A stretch of DNA of 64,000 bases, from positions 62,456-126,455 of the forward strand of contig JAMCZE010000001.1 of NCBI GenBank assembly GCA_023485845.1. Direction: 5' to 3'. The notes beneath the pieces were generated by a model, which saw only the letters and a program-made list of their open reading frames with translations, had not been told where the DNA came from and did not search any database. The position numbers and the translations under genes are program-made. The stretch comes from Patescibacteria group bacterium. Lineage in GTDB: Bacteria > Patescibacteriota > Microgenomatia > JAMCZE01. Positions 8,910 to 18,921 of this stretch are shown here, one piece after another. Numbering within the stretch: the first letter of the stretch is position 1; each line of letters opens with the position of its first letter.

Positions 8910-11181
8910 TGAAATTGTGAAGAAGTTTTGGGTGATTGCGGTTTTTGCGGCAGCCAATGTTGCCTGCTTTTGGCAGCTGTATCTGAAAGGGTTGGTGCCG
9001 TTTCCCGGGGACCTTTTAGTTTCTTTTTTCTTTCCTTGGAACAGTGGGGGATTTGCGGCTTACAGCCCTTGGACGACCCACAAAGAATTTTTGGCCGGGG
9101 ATGCGATTCGCCAGATCATGCCTTGGAAAGCACTGGTGGTTGACCAGTTGAGACATTTCCAATGGCCGTTGTGGAACCCGTATAATTTCTCCGGCAATCA
9201 TTTGCTGGCCAACATTCAGTCCTCAGTTTTTGCCCCCAGCAATTTATGGTTTTCGTTTTTGCCGTTTAACACTGCCTGGGTTGTCAACGTGGTGACACTA
9301 TTGACCCTCTTTGGGCTGTTCACCTATCTTTTCCTGCGCAGCTTGAAGCTGTCCCGGCCAGCGGCGCTTTTGGGCGGCCTCGCTGCCGCGAATCTGGGCT
9401 ATCTTGTTGGCTGGCTGGAGATTATTGTCAATGCCCAGTCGGCCTTATTTTTCCCCTTGGCCATGTGGGCAATTAATCGGTTTAGCGACACCAAAAAGAG
9501 GATCTATTTAGCGGCGGTTGCCCTATTTTCAGCTTTTAGCGTCTTTGGCGGTCATGCCCAAACAACGGTTTATGTCTTAGCGGCCACCGGTCTCTACTGT
9601 TTTTTTAAGAAAGTCCCCGTAAAAACAATTGTCGTCGTTTTTTCTTTGGCCGCGATGCTTTCGGCTGTGCAGTTATTGCCAACACTTGATGCCTATCAGT
9701 TTTCGGCTCGGGAAACAACGGCTAATTGGCAGGTGTTTGAACGAAGTTTGTTTCCTTGGAGCCGGGTGATCACGGCTGCAGCGCCAGATTTTTTTGGTAA
9801 TCCGGCCACCGGCAATTTTGTCGGCGAGAGCTATGAGGATAACCGGATCTATTTTGGTTTGGTGGCTCTGGTGTTTGCCACTGGCGCCGGTTGGCTTCTT
9901 TTCAAAAAAAATTCGGAAGTAAAATTTTTCACTGCCTTGGCCACCGGCAGTTTGATTTTTTCCTCCTGGCCGCTGGCTAACATTTTTCCTTTATTGAAAA
10001 TCCCAGTGCTGTCGTCTTCTGCCCCGGCCCGATTATTATTCCTTTTTCAATTTAGCGGAGCGGTGCTGGCTGCTTTTGGCCTAGAAGTCTGGCTGAAAGA
10101 GCGGGAAAAATTTCTAGCCGTGGCTAAAAAAATAGTTCCCGTGATTTTTATTCTGCTGGCGGCCGCGGCCGTTGCTTCACGATCGTCGGTTTCTCTTAAA
10201 AACAGCTTCTTGCCGCTGGCGATGCTAGCCGCGCTCTTTTTATTACTGCGTTTCCGTGGCCGATTTGTCTTGACAGCTGTTTTTCTTCTGGTTATCTTGG
10301 AATTCGGTTTCTACTTTTCCAAGTTTCAGCCGTTTGCTGATGCCAACTTCATATTTCCCGATCATCCGGTGATTGATTTTCTCCAACAGCGAGCCGGCGT
10401 CAACCGCTTCTTTGGTTTTGGCACGGCCTATATCGACAATAACTTTGCCAGCGAATATCGAATTTTCTCGGCCGAGGGCTATGACCCGTTATACATTAAA
10501 CGCTACGGGGAGCTGATAGCCTCGACACAAAATGGCCAGTTGCCGGTGACCGTCCCCCGTTCCGATGCCAATTTTACCCATGATGATAATTTCAATCGCC
10601 AGCGCCTGTTTGACATTTTGGGGATCAAATATATCCTGGACAAAAACGATAACCCCCAGTGGAACTGGGAACCGGAGCCGGCCAAGTTTCCCCCGGACAA
10701 ATATCAACTGGTCTGGCAAAGCTATAAATGGAAAGCCTACGAATGGAAATCCGCCCTGCCCCGGGCTTTTTTGGCCGGAGGGTTCGAAGTGGTCGCTGAC
10801 CCGGCCAAAATCATCAGCCGGCTCTACGACAAGAATTTTGATTATCGTCATAATTTAATTCTGGAAAGGGATCCGGGGGTCAAAGATTTGGCCTCCGGTT
10901 CGGCACAAATTGTTTCCTATCAACCGGAACAGGTAACAATCAACACCGATTCGTCCGGCCCCAGCTTACTTTTCCTCTCCGATGCTTATTTTCCCGGCTG
11001 GCAGGCCACGGTGAATGGTCGGCCGACTGAAGTCTTGCGGGCTGACTATGCCTTGCGCGCCGTTGTCGTCCCTCCCGGCCCCAACACGGTTATTTTCACT
11101 TATGATCCGCTTAGTTTTAAGGTCGGGTTAATTATTTCTTTATTCTCGCTGCTATGTCTGGGCGGACTCGTCATCTTTTAG
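8878..11181 (+). CDS. YfhO-family GT-C membrane glycosyltransferase
   Basis: GDAIRQIMPW...WNPYNFSGNHLLANIQSSVFAPSN signature; about 13 TM plus a large extracytoplasmic domain and a terminal TM. Start is ambiguous (TTG 8878 or GTG 8917). Paralog of 19957..22104. Confidence 0.6.
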   Translation: MLLRREWPRYNEIVKKFWVIAVFAAANVACFWQLYLKGLVPFPGDLLVSFFFPWNSGGFAAYSPWTTHKEFLAGDAIRQIMPWKALVVDQLRHFQWPLWNPYNFSGNHLLANIQSSVFAPSNLWFSFLPFNTAWVVNVVTLLTLFGLFTYLFLRSLKLSRPAALLGGLAAANLGYLVGWLEIIVNAQSALFFPLAMWAINRFSDTKKRIYLAAVALFSAFSVFGGHAQTTVYVLAATGLYCFFKKVPVKTIVVVFSLAAMLSAVQLLPTLDAYQFSARETTANWQVFERSLFPWSRVITAAAPDFFGNPATGNFVGESYEDNRIYFGLVALVFATGAGWLLFKKNSEVKFFTALATGSLIFSSWPLANIFPLLKIPVLSSSAPARLLFLFQFSGAVLAAFGLEVWLKEREKFLAVAKKIVPVIFILLAAAAVASRSSVSLKNSFLPLAMLAALFLLLRFRGRFVLTAVFLLVILEFGFYFSKFQPFADANFIFPDHPVIDFLQQRAGVNRFFGFGTAYIDNNFASEYRIFSAEGYDPLYIKRYGELIASTQNGQLPVTVPRSDANFTHDDNFNRQRLFDILGIKYILDKNDNPQWNWEPEPAKFPPDKYQLVWQSYKWKAYEWKSALPRAFLAGGFEVVADPAKIISRLYDKNFDYRHNLILERDPGVKDLASGSAQIVSYQPEQVTINTDSSGPSLLFLSDAYFPGWQATVNGRPTEVLRADYALRAVVVPPGPNTVIFTYDPLSFKVGLIISLFSLLCLGGLVIF

Positions 11182-12454
11182 TATTTATATTATTACTGAT
11201 TTTTATTTTGCCGGCGATTTGGCCGTTGGTGCAGCCGGGATTCTTTGTGACCGATGATGGCGATTGGATGATTATCCGCCTATCGGCTTTTCACCAGACC
11301 CTGCGTTCCGGCCAGTTCCCCGTTCGGTTTCTTGACCGACTTAACTTCGGCTATGGCTATCCAGTTTTAGACTTTCTTTATCCGTTACCTTTTTATTTTG
11401 GTGAGGTCATCCACTTACTTGGTTTTGGTTTTATGGACTCGGTAAAGATTCTTTTTATCGCCAGCATTATTTTCGGGGCGGCATTTATGTATCTTTATGC
11501 CGGCTTTATTGCTGCTGTGGTGTATACCTATTTGCCTTATCGGCTCTTTGATATCTATAAGCGGGGCTCCCTGGGGGAGGCAGTGGCCTTTGTCTTTTTA
11601 CCCGTGATTCTTTATCTAATTGATAAAAAGAAGATAATATTAGCCGCCATCGCCACCGCCGGTTTGATCACGGCTCACAACGTGATTGCCTTTCTCTTTT
11701 TGCCGGTGGTTTTTCTCTACAGTCGCAACATTAAATTAATTTTGTTAGCGCTGCTACTATCCGCCTGGTTTTGGCTGCCGGCCTTATATGATTTGCAATT
11801 TACCAAAGCGGCGATAACAACCGTGGCTGATTATCGTCAATATTTTCTATGGCCTTTCTAATCTCTCTTATTATTATTTCGTTATTTTTTGCTTTGCCGG
11901 TGTCTGCGCCGGTTTGGCAACACTCTTTGCTGCCCAAGGTTGTCCAGTTTCCTTGGCGGTTTCTCTCCATCACTATTTTTGTCCTGGCCGTTTTAATCGG
12001 GCGGATGCCCAAAAAGCTTGGCGTAATATTGATGATCATCACGATTGTTTTTGCTGTCCCTTTTTTGCGAGTTGTCCGAACTTTCCATCCCGAGGGGTTC
12101 TACACGACTAATGACGATTCCACAACCGTGAAGAACGAATATGACAACCGTTGGTTGACAGTTAATCCAGTCAGCCGGCCGGACAAAGAAATGGTTTGGC
12201 TGACGCCGACAAAAATCCAGGTGAATAAAATGTATTTTCCCGGGTTGGAGACTTTCGTTGATGGTGTTAAAACCCCCATTGACTATCAAACTAATGGCCT
12301 GGTGCAACTAACTGTCTCTCCTGGTTCCCACGTGGTAACCACTCACTTCACCGAAACTCCAGTTAGGCTGTTTGCTGATTTATTAACCGTTTTGGGAATC
12401 CTGATAATTTTTGCGTCATGGTTTTCAAAAACTGTTTGGCCGGGGAAAAGATAA
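11154..12454 (+). pseudogene. Disrupted YfhO-like GT-C gene: two ORFs (11154..11861, 11849..12454) in different frames, about 70 aa shorter than the intact paralog 14151..15764
   Basis: ORF1 matches the N-terminal half of 14151..15764 (HPGFF..GQFPVR..FGYGY..GEIIHL). ORF2 matches its C-terminal half (LQFPWRFL...TPVR..TM anchor). A frame change plus a missing internal segment separates them. Confidence 0.55.
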
Positions 12455-13929
12455 AAAGAATATTTTTTTGGAAGATAGAGATAGTCTACTTGGGAATAGT
12501 CGGGGTGGGCAAGGCGGGCGGCAGCGCCGGGAACTTGATGATCCTGTAAGACCCCGATGTAGCCGGCAACATAAAGCGGGCGGTTGGCTAGGAAACTGAC
12601 ATAGAGAGAAACTTCCTGTCGAGCCAGATCGGGCGGCAGGGCAACCACCGCATTAGCCGGTGTTTGGTTTTTTAAGTAATTAAGAGCCGCCATCTCGTCG
12701 GCCGACACAAAAAATCCTTGGCGGGAAATTAACATCTGCATGTTACCCCAGACTTCATGAAGGGGTCTGGGCAAAGTTAGCAAAATTACCACTAGCCCGA
12801 TGATTAGCGGCCAACGGGAAACGGCCAGGGCTGCATATAAGGCGCCGACAAAATAGAGGCTGATAAGGAATTGAACACTGTTAAGTCCGCCGATGTTTTG
12901 CACAAAGAACAACCCGACAATGGCCGTGACCGTGGTGGCCGTTAGCAAGAAGATGTTAAGTTCTCGTGGCAAAAATCTCAGTGTTTTTCTCGTCTGAAAA
13001 AGCGCCAGCAGGGAAGTGCCATAGAGGAAAATTAAATAAGCGGCAAAAAAGAGCGGCTCCAAATACCAGGCACCGGCTTTTTCCCACAATTCCAAATTGG
13101 TGAGGCCAAAAACCGGTTGGGAGATGAAATCATCAAAGCGATAGGAGCCGTTGAAGATCAACCCGCCGGTCAGGCCATTAACGGGTAAATAGACGGCTAG
13201 ACTAACACATAAGACCATCAGCGGAGGAAGAATCATTTTCCAATCCCGTCGAAATAGATAGTAGGCACCGATTGCGGCCATCCCGGCCATGGCAAATAAA
13301 CCGGTATAAACTTTAAAACCGATTAGGCTGCCAAAAATGATAGCTATCAAAATGCCGGAGAGAAGATACCGCTTTTTGATCCAGATAACAAATAAGGCCA
13401 GGCCGGTGAACAAAAGAAGGAGGGAAAACGACCGTGGCGGTCCGGCCAAAAGTTTGGTGGCGTCATCAAAAATGGTGACGTCAAAATTGAGCCCCTTGCC
13501 CCGGAGAAACAACAATAGGTACAAAATGTCGCCATTAAAATAGAGGAAAATCAGCCACCAGCGAGTGATTTTATTACCCAAATCCAAAAGTTGGGCGATG
13601 ACAATAACGGTTAGTCCCATTAGCACAGACACGAGGACGGCAAAGTATTGGTAGACACTGGCTGCCAGTGGCAGATGGAAAATCCTGATGAAGTCAGCCA
13701 TCACCAAGTTGGCCAAGTAGTGGTAGTTTTTAACAATCACGCCGCTTTCTCCCGGTTCCTGCGGCGGGAAATGGGAAACAAGTTCGTTAGTAAGAGCCAA
13801 ATGATAAATGTCATCGGGCACGCCCCGGCAGCAAAAAAAAGTTCCTCCGTTGAGACTTGAGCCCAAGAACCAAACGGCCGAAAGTTGCAAAATAACGCCG
13901 AAAGCAATAATCGCTAGTGTTTTAACCAT
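12343..13929 (-). CDS. Antisense-embedded polytopic membrane protein (GT-C-like, uncharacterised) with C-terminal extracytoplasmic domain
   Basis: 528-aa ORF on the minus strand with no competing + ORF. Multiple TM helices, PDDIYHLAL loop. The 3' end overlaps the + strand ORF 11849..12454 by 112 nt. Confidence 0.6.
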   Translation of the reverse strand: MVKTLAIIAFGVILQLSAVWFLGSSLNGGTFFCCRGVPDDIYHLALTNELVSHFPPQEPGESGVIVKNYHYLANLVMADFIRIFHLPLAASVYQYFAVLVSVLMGLTVIVIAQLLDLGNKITRWWLIFLYFNGDILYLLLFLRGKGLNFDVTIFDDATKLLAGPPRSFSLLLLFTGLALFVIWIKKRYLLSGILIAIIFGSLIGFKVYTGLFAMAGMAAIGAYYLFRRDWKMILPPLMVLCVSLAVYLPVNGLTGGLIFNGSYRFDDFISQPVFGLTNLELWEKAGAWYLEPLFFAAYLIFLYGTSLLALFQTRKTLRFLPRELNIFLLTATTVTAIVGLFFVQNIGGLNSVQFLISLYFVGALYAALAVSRWPLIIGLVVILLTLPRPLHEVWGNMQMLISRQGFFVSADEMAALNYLKNQTPANAVVALPPDLARQEVSLYVSFLANRPLYVAGYIGVLQDHQVPGAAARLAHPDYSQVDYLYLPKKYSFYLFPGQTVFENHDAKIIRIPKTVNKSANSLTGVSVK

Positions 13930-14132
13930 ATAAGAAAGGCCACCGTAAGATAAACATAAGTCAGATTGCGCAAGTTCAAATAGCCAAGAATAAAGCCCTG
14001 CAGGGCCCAGAGAACCAATCCTAGACCAAGTGCAAGGACCACCCGCTGAAAGATGGTGAGATTCAGTCGGCGAATAAAGATGTCCCCGGGGATGAATAAG
14101 GCAACCAAACAGGCAAAAAGAAAGACCACCAT
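13914..14132 (-). CDS. Small 2-TM membrane protein, translationally coupled to 12343..13929
   Basis: 72-aa ORF. Stop TAG sits 16 nt inside the downstream start region (ATGGTTAAAACACTAG). Confidence 0.35.
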   Translation of the reverse strand: MVVFLFACLVALFIPGDIFIRRLNLTIFQRVVLALGLGLVLWALQGFILGYLNLRNLTYVYLTVAFLIWLKH

Positions 14133-14150
14133 TCTTGTATAATAACAGTT
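14133..14150. promoter_or_regulatory. 18-bp divergent junction with perfect TATAAT 8 nt before ATG 14151 and a TATTAT on the opposite strand 7 nt before ATG 14132
   Basis: attcttgTATAATaacag read directly. The geometry implies leaderless starts in both directions. Confidence 0.3.
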
Positions 14151-15764
14151 ATGCTGTTAGTTGTTCTACTTTCTCTCTTGACTGTGGTTCCCCTGTTTCA
14201 TCCCGGTTTTTTTGTTATGCATGACTTCCAGCAAGTCGTGCGCCTGGCCCAATTGGATAAGGCCCTCTCGTTTGGTCAATTTCCGGTCCGCTGGGTGGCC
14301 GATCTAGGCTTTGGTTATGGCTATAATCTCTTTAATTTCTACCCACCGCTGGTTTATTATCTTGGTGAAATCATCCACTTAGTTTTTGAAACTTCGTTCT
14401 TGGATGCCACCAAAATTATCTGGGGGATCGCTCTGGTCGGATCAGCCCTGAGCATGTATTTTCTGGCGAAAGAATTTTTTGGGAAAGTCGGCGGGCTAGT
14501 TAGCGCCATGTTTTATCTTTATATTCCCTATCATGCCGTTGATGCTTATGTCCGCGGCGCCCTGGCGGAACTCTTTTCCTTTGTCTGGTTGCCATTAATT
14601 CTTCTTTTCTCCTATCAAAAACGAATAATCCTAACCGGCATCACCCTGGCCCTGTTGATGATCACTCATAATTTAGTTTTCCTGCCGTTCTTTGGCCTGT
14701 TTGCTGCCTGGTATCTGGTCCTCCACCGGGACATTAAGGGGTTAGCCCTAATTACTTTAATAACTTTTGGCCTATCGGCTTTCTTCTGGTTGCCATCTTT
14801 GGCACAGAAGCAGTTCACGCTGGTGGATCAATTCCTGACCACCGGTTTGGCTTCTTATTCAATTCATTTTGTTTGTCCGGCCCAGTTATGGAATTCACTC
14901 TGGGGGTATGGGGGGTCGGCAGCCGGTTGCGTTGACGGGTTATCTTTCAAGATAGGCAAACCGCAAGTGGTTTTAGCCCTGGTTGCATTGCTGATTGCCA
15001 TTTGGAAGCGGTCCAAAATCTTACTGGTGACATTTACTCTTTTTGTTTTCTGTGTGTTTATGACCACTGATTATTCAAGGTTTATCTGGGACCACGTCAA
15101 GCTGTTGTGGTATTTGCAGTTTCCCTGGCGGTTTTTGGAATTTGTGGCCCTTTTCTCCTCACTTTTGGCCGGAAGCTTTGTTTTGGTTGTCAAGAAAACC
15201 CGCTGGCGGCTAGTTCTAGGGGCGGTGTTAATTGCCGCGGTTATTTTTCTTCATGGCAAATATTTTGTTCCCCAAAGCTATCTTCCTCAGGCCACTGATG
15301 CCACCCTGCTTTCCGATAGCCAGGTGAAATGGGTGGTGAGTCAAACATCGTTTGAATATATGCCGGCCGGAGTGGCCGTTCACCCCACCCCCCAAGGGTC
15401 GTATATGTTAGACATTGCTGCTTACCCGACAAGAAAGTATGTGGTCACGGCCGGCAGTTTTGGGGAAACCAAATCTCAATTTGGGGCCGATCGTTTTTTG
15501 CTGGCCGGAATCGCTACCCAATCCTCGCAGATTCAGTTCCAAATCACGAACTTTCCCGGCTGGAAAGTGTGGGTTGACGGCAAGGCAACGGCCATCACCG
15601 ACAACAATAAACTAAAATTAATCACCGTGTCGATCCCGGCAGGGCAGCATCAAATCACCGGCCAATTCACTAACACCCCAGTGCGCACCGCCGGCAATTT
15701 AATCACCCTTTTTGCAATAATAGTTTTGATGGCAATTTATCTATATGGAAGAAGACGAACTTAA
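14151..15764 (+). CDS. YfhO-like GT-C membrane protein (short form, 537 aa)
   Basis: N-terminal HPGFFVMHD..GQFPVRW..FGYGY motifs. C-terminal beta-rich domain ending ..PAGQHQITGQFTNTPVR plus TM, as in the YfhO paralogs (..PAGQHVVRFY..). Confidence 0.6.
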   Translation: MLLVVLLSLLTVVPLFHPGFFVMHDFQQVVRLAQLDKALSFGQFPVRWVADLGFGYGYNLFNFYPPLVYYLGEIIHLVFETSFLDATKIIWGIALVGSALSMYFLAKEFFGKVGGLVSAMFYLYIPYHAVDAYVRGALAELFSFVWLPLILLFSYQKRIILTGITLALLMITHNLVFLPFFGLFAAWYLVLHRDIKGLALITLITFGLSAFFWLPSLAQKQFTLVDQFLTTGLASYSIHFVCPAQLWNSLWGYGGSAAGCVDGLSFKIGKPQVVLALVALLIAIWKRSKILLVTFTLFVFCVFMTTDYSRFIWDHVKLLWYLQFPWRFLEFVALFSSLLAGSFVLVVKKTRWRLVLGAVLIAAVIFLHGKYFVPQSYLPQATDATLLSDSQVKWVVSQTSFEYMPAGVAVHPTPQGSYMLDIAAYPTRKYVVTAGSFGETKSQFGADRFLLAGIATQSSQIQFQITNFPGWKVWVDGKATAITDNNKLKLITVSIPAGQHQITGQFTNTPVRTAGNLITLFAIIVLMAIYLYGRRRT

Positions 15765-17190
15765 ACACAAGGCGGTCCGCAGTGTCATTGCCCTGACTTT
15801 CCGGACAATTTTTCTCCAGTTAATCGCGGCGGTGGCACTCTTTTTGCTGCAAATTTTCCTGTCCCCATCGCAAATCGGTGTTTTCTTTGTCGTCACCTCG
15901 CTGTTTCAAATCTTCACCCTTTTCACTGATGTTGGTTTGGGGGCGGCCTTAGTCCAGCGGCATGAGGAAATTGAGGACAAAGATCTTAGAACGGTTTTTT
16001 TCATGCAAGAGATTTTGGTGGTGATGGCGATTGCCTTAGGGGTGGCTGTCACACCGCTAATTAGGGCTTATTCCCATCTGGACGCGGCTGGCATCACTCT
16101 TTATTATGTCCTGCTTTTCACCTTATTTGTCTCTTCTTTGAAGGTTATCCCTTCAATTTTGATGGAGCGCAAACTGGCCTTTGAAAAGCAGATTATGCCC
16201 CAAATTTTTGAGAGCATCGTCTACTACATAATTGTCGTCTATTTGGCCGCTAAAGGTTTTGGGGTGGCCTCATATTCCTGGGGCTTTTTCGTCTCCGCCC
16301 TGGTCGGCCTGCCAATTTATTATCTCCTATCTCCCTGGCGAGTCGGTTTTGCTTTTGCCCGCGACCGGGCCAAGCATTTCCTGTCTTTCGGGGTGTTTTA
16401 CCAGGGCAAAAGCGTGTTGTCGGTGATTAAAGATAATCTTTTTACCGTGTTTTTGTCCGGCGTGGTAGGCACCAGCGGGGTGGGCTACTGGGGGACGGCC
16501 CAGCGTTGGGCCTATTTTCCCTATCGCTTCATGGTTGACAGTGTCACTAAGGTCACCTTCCCGGCCTATTCCCGAGCCCAACATAACACGGATATTTTGC
16601 GGGCCGGAATTGAGCGGTCACTCTTTGCCATCAGTGTTGTTCTTTTTCCGCTTTATGCCGTGATGACCGTGAACATTAACAGTCTGATTCAATTAATTCC
16701 AAAATACACCAAGTGGGAACCAGCGGTTATTTCTTTCTACTTTCTTTGCGCTCAGGCATTAATTGCCGCTCTAACTAACATTCTCGTTAACGTTTTAGAT
16801 GCCACTGGCCGGGTGAAAACTACTCTTTATTTGATGATTCTTTGGATCATCGGCACTTGGGGGCTGACGATTCTTTTAATTGGCCGGCTGGGATTCACTG
16901 GGATCGCGGTGGCCCAATTTTTGGTGGCCATAACAATCGTGCTAGTTATCTATCTGGTGAAGCGGTTTGTTAATTTCGATTTTGTCGGCAACGTCCTTTG
17001 GCCACTTTTGGCCACGGCATTGATGACAGCCGTTATGGTGGCGATGGCAAAAACTCTTCCGGTTAGCTTTGTTTCCGTTATCGCCACCGGGGCAGTTGGC
17101 GGTATAATCTATCTAGTCATTATCTGGCTATTGGCATCGGCAAAAATTCTTGCCACTGCCCGGCTAATTTTAAGAGCATATCACCGATGA
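15745..17190 (+). CDS. wzx: Wzx-like oligosaccharide flippase (MOP superfamily)
   Basis: 481 aa, about 12-14 TM. N-terminal ..RSVIALTFRTIFLQLIAAVALFLLQIFLSPSQIGVFFVVTSLFQIF pattern typical of Polysacc_synt proteins. Confidence 0.75.
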   Translation: MEEDELKHKAVRSVIALTFRTIFLQLIAAVALFLLQIFLSPSQIGVFFVVTSLFQIFTLFTDVGLGAALVQRHEEIEDKDLRTVFFMQEILVVMAIALGVAVTPLIRAYSHLDAAGITLYYVLLFTLFVSSLKVIPSILMERKLAFEKQIMPQIFESIVYYIIVVYLAAKGFGVASYSWGFFVSALVGLPIYYLLSPWRVGFAFARDRAKHFLSFGVFYQGKSVLSVIKDNLFTVFLSGVVGTSGVGYWGTAQRWAYFPYRFMVDSVTKVTFPAYSRAQHNTDILRAGIERSLFAISVVLFPLYAVMTVNINSLIQLIPKYTKWEPAVISFYFLCAQALIAALTNILVNVLDATGRVKTTLYLMILWIIGTWGLTILLIGRLGFTGIAVAQFLVAITIVLVIYLVKRFVNFDFVGNVLWPLLATALMTAVMVAMAKTLPVSFVSVIATGAVGGIIYLVIIWLLASAKILATARLILRAYHR

Positions 17191-18113
17191 AACCATATTA
17201 TTCCATCGTCGTTCCGGTTTATAATGAGGAAAAGAATCTAGAGGAGTTATTCTTGCAGTTGATGGCCGCGCTTAGATCTTTGGCCAAGCCTTGGGAAATT
17301 ATTTTTGTTAACGATGGGAGCCGTGATCAGTCGTTGGAAATGCTGACAAACTTTACCCGCAAGGACAAAACTGTCCGAGTGGTGTCCTTGTCCCGAAACT
17401 TTGGCCAGCAAGCAGCGGTGACCGCCGGATTGGCCAACAGTTCCGGTCAGGTGGTAGCCTTGATGGATGCCGACCTTCAAGATCCGCCGGAAACACTATT
17501 AAAACTTTTAGGAAAGGTTGACGAAGGATTTGACGTGGCCTACGCTGTTTCTAAGAAACGCCATGACCCCCCCTTGCGCAAATTCCTAATTAATAATTAC
17601 TACCGGGTAATGAATTTGGCAGCGACCTATGAAATTCCTCCGGGCGCGGGGATTTTCTCAGCCCTATCGCGCCGGACGGTGGACACCCTGCTGGGCTTGT
17701 CAGAGCGCAACCGGTTTTTGCCGGCCTTGCGTTCCTGGGTTGGTTTTAAACAGATTGCCGTTCCTTTTGAAAAACCGGCCCGATTTGCCGGCAAAGAGAG
17801 CCAATCGCTGGCCAAACTATTTAAAATGGGTTTTGATGCTCTCTTTTCTTTTTCTTATTTGCCGCTGCGCTTGGCCACGATTCTTGGTTTATTGGTTTCC
17901 ACCGTGGCGTTTGTGTCCATTGTGGACGTTCTCTATCAAAAACTGGTGGCCGGCACGGCCATCTTGGGTTGGGCATCGCCGTTGGTGGCCACTTTATTTA
18001 TTGGCGGCGTGCAGCTGCTGATTCTAGGAATCATCGGGGAATATCTCGGCCGGATTTATGACGAAGTGAAGCATCGACCCTACTATATTATTGCCGAAAA
18101 GATCGGATTTTAA
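17187..18113 (+). CDS. GT2 polyprenol-phosphate glycosyltransferase, GtrB/CsbB/ArnC-like with two C-terminal TM helices
   Basis: YSIVVPVYNEEKNLEEL..EIIFVNDGSRD..DADLQDPPE (DxD), then two C-terminal TM segments. Confidence 0.85.
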   Translation: MKPYYSIVVPVYNEEKNLEELFLQLMAALRSLAKPWEIIFVNDGSRDQSLEMLTNFTRKDKTVRVVSLSRNFGQQAAVTAGLANSSGQVVALMDADLQDPPETLLKLLGKVDEGFDVAYAVSKKRHDPPLRKFLINNYYRVMNLAATYEIPPGAGIFSALSRRTVDTLLGLSERNRFLPALRSWVGFKQIAVPFEKPARFAGKESQSLAKLFKMGFDALFSFSYLPLRLATILGLLVSTVAFVSIVDVLYQKLVAGTAILGWASPLVATLFIGGVQLLILGIIGEYLGRIYDEVKHRPYYIIAEKIGF

Positions 18114-18114
18114 A

Positions 18115-18921
18115 ATGAAACTTTCCGCGATTGTTTTTGTTTTTTGGCCCGAGGAAGAAAATTATGTTGCGGCATGTTTGCAAACCGTATCTTTTGCCGA
18201 CGAGATTATTGTTATTGATAATGGGGCCACGGCAAAAACGCTAGCGGTGTGCAAAGAATATACCCCAAAGATTTTCCACACGGACTCTAAGAATTTTTCT
18301 GACCATCATAATCTTGGAAAACAGAAAGCCACCGGAGACTGGCTGCTTTATGTCGATGCCGATGAACGGGTTTCCGCTGGTCTGGCAGACGAAATTAAAA
18401 GTGAACTGGCCAAGCCGTCGGCGGCGGCCTACGAGCTGCGCCGGGTGAATTTCTTTTTGGGAAAAAAGGTTCGTTTTGGTGACCGCTACCCCGACTATGT
18501 CACCCGGCTTTTTCAAAAAGATAAGTTGGTTGGCTGGAAAGGGGAGATCCATGAAAGTTCCAAGGTTGATGGGGAAATCGGCCGGCTAAGCCAACCTTTA
18601 TATCATTTAACTCACCGTGACATCTATTCGATGCTTGCAAAGACGGCGAATTTTGCCGAACATGAGGCTAATCTCCGGCTGGCGGCCGGCCATCCTCAAA
18701 TCTCCGGCTGGCGGCTGCTGCGGATTTTTGCCACCGAGATGTTTAATCGCCTGATTAAACTTCAAGGTGTTCGTGGGGGGACGGAGGGTTGGATCGACGG
18801 CATCTTCCAGTCCTTCTCCCTGTTTATTGCCTATGTTCGCCTCTGGGAGCTCCAGCGCAGGCTATCATTAGCCGAGACATATAAGGAAATTGACAAAAAG
18901 ATCATAAGCGGAGAATTATGA
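18115..18921 (+). CDS. GT2 glycosyltransferase, WaaE/KdtX-like
   Basis: ATG 2 nt after the upstream stop. LSAIVFV..EEENY..EIIVIDNG..YVDADE..GW.DG pattern. Paralog of 35553..36428. Confidence 0.65.
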   Translation: MKLSAIVFVFWPEEENYVAACLQTVSFADEIIVIDNGATAKTLAVCKEYTPKIFHTDSKNFSDHHNLGKQKATGDWLLYVDADERVSAGLADEIKSELAKPSAAAYELRRVNFFLGKKVRFGDRYPDYVTRLFQKDKLVGWKGEIHESSKVDGEIGRLSQPLYHLTHRDIYSMLAKTANFAEHEANLRLAAGHPQISGWRLLRIFATEMFNRLIKLQGVRGGTEGWIDGIFQSFSLFIAYVRLWELQRRLSLAETYKEIDKKIISGEL

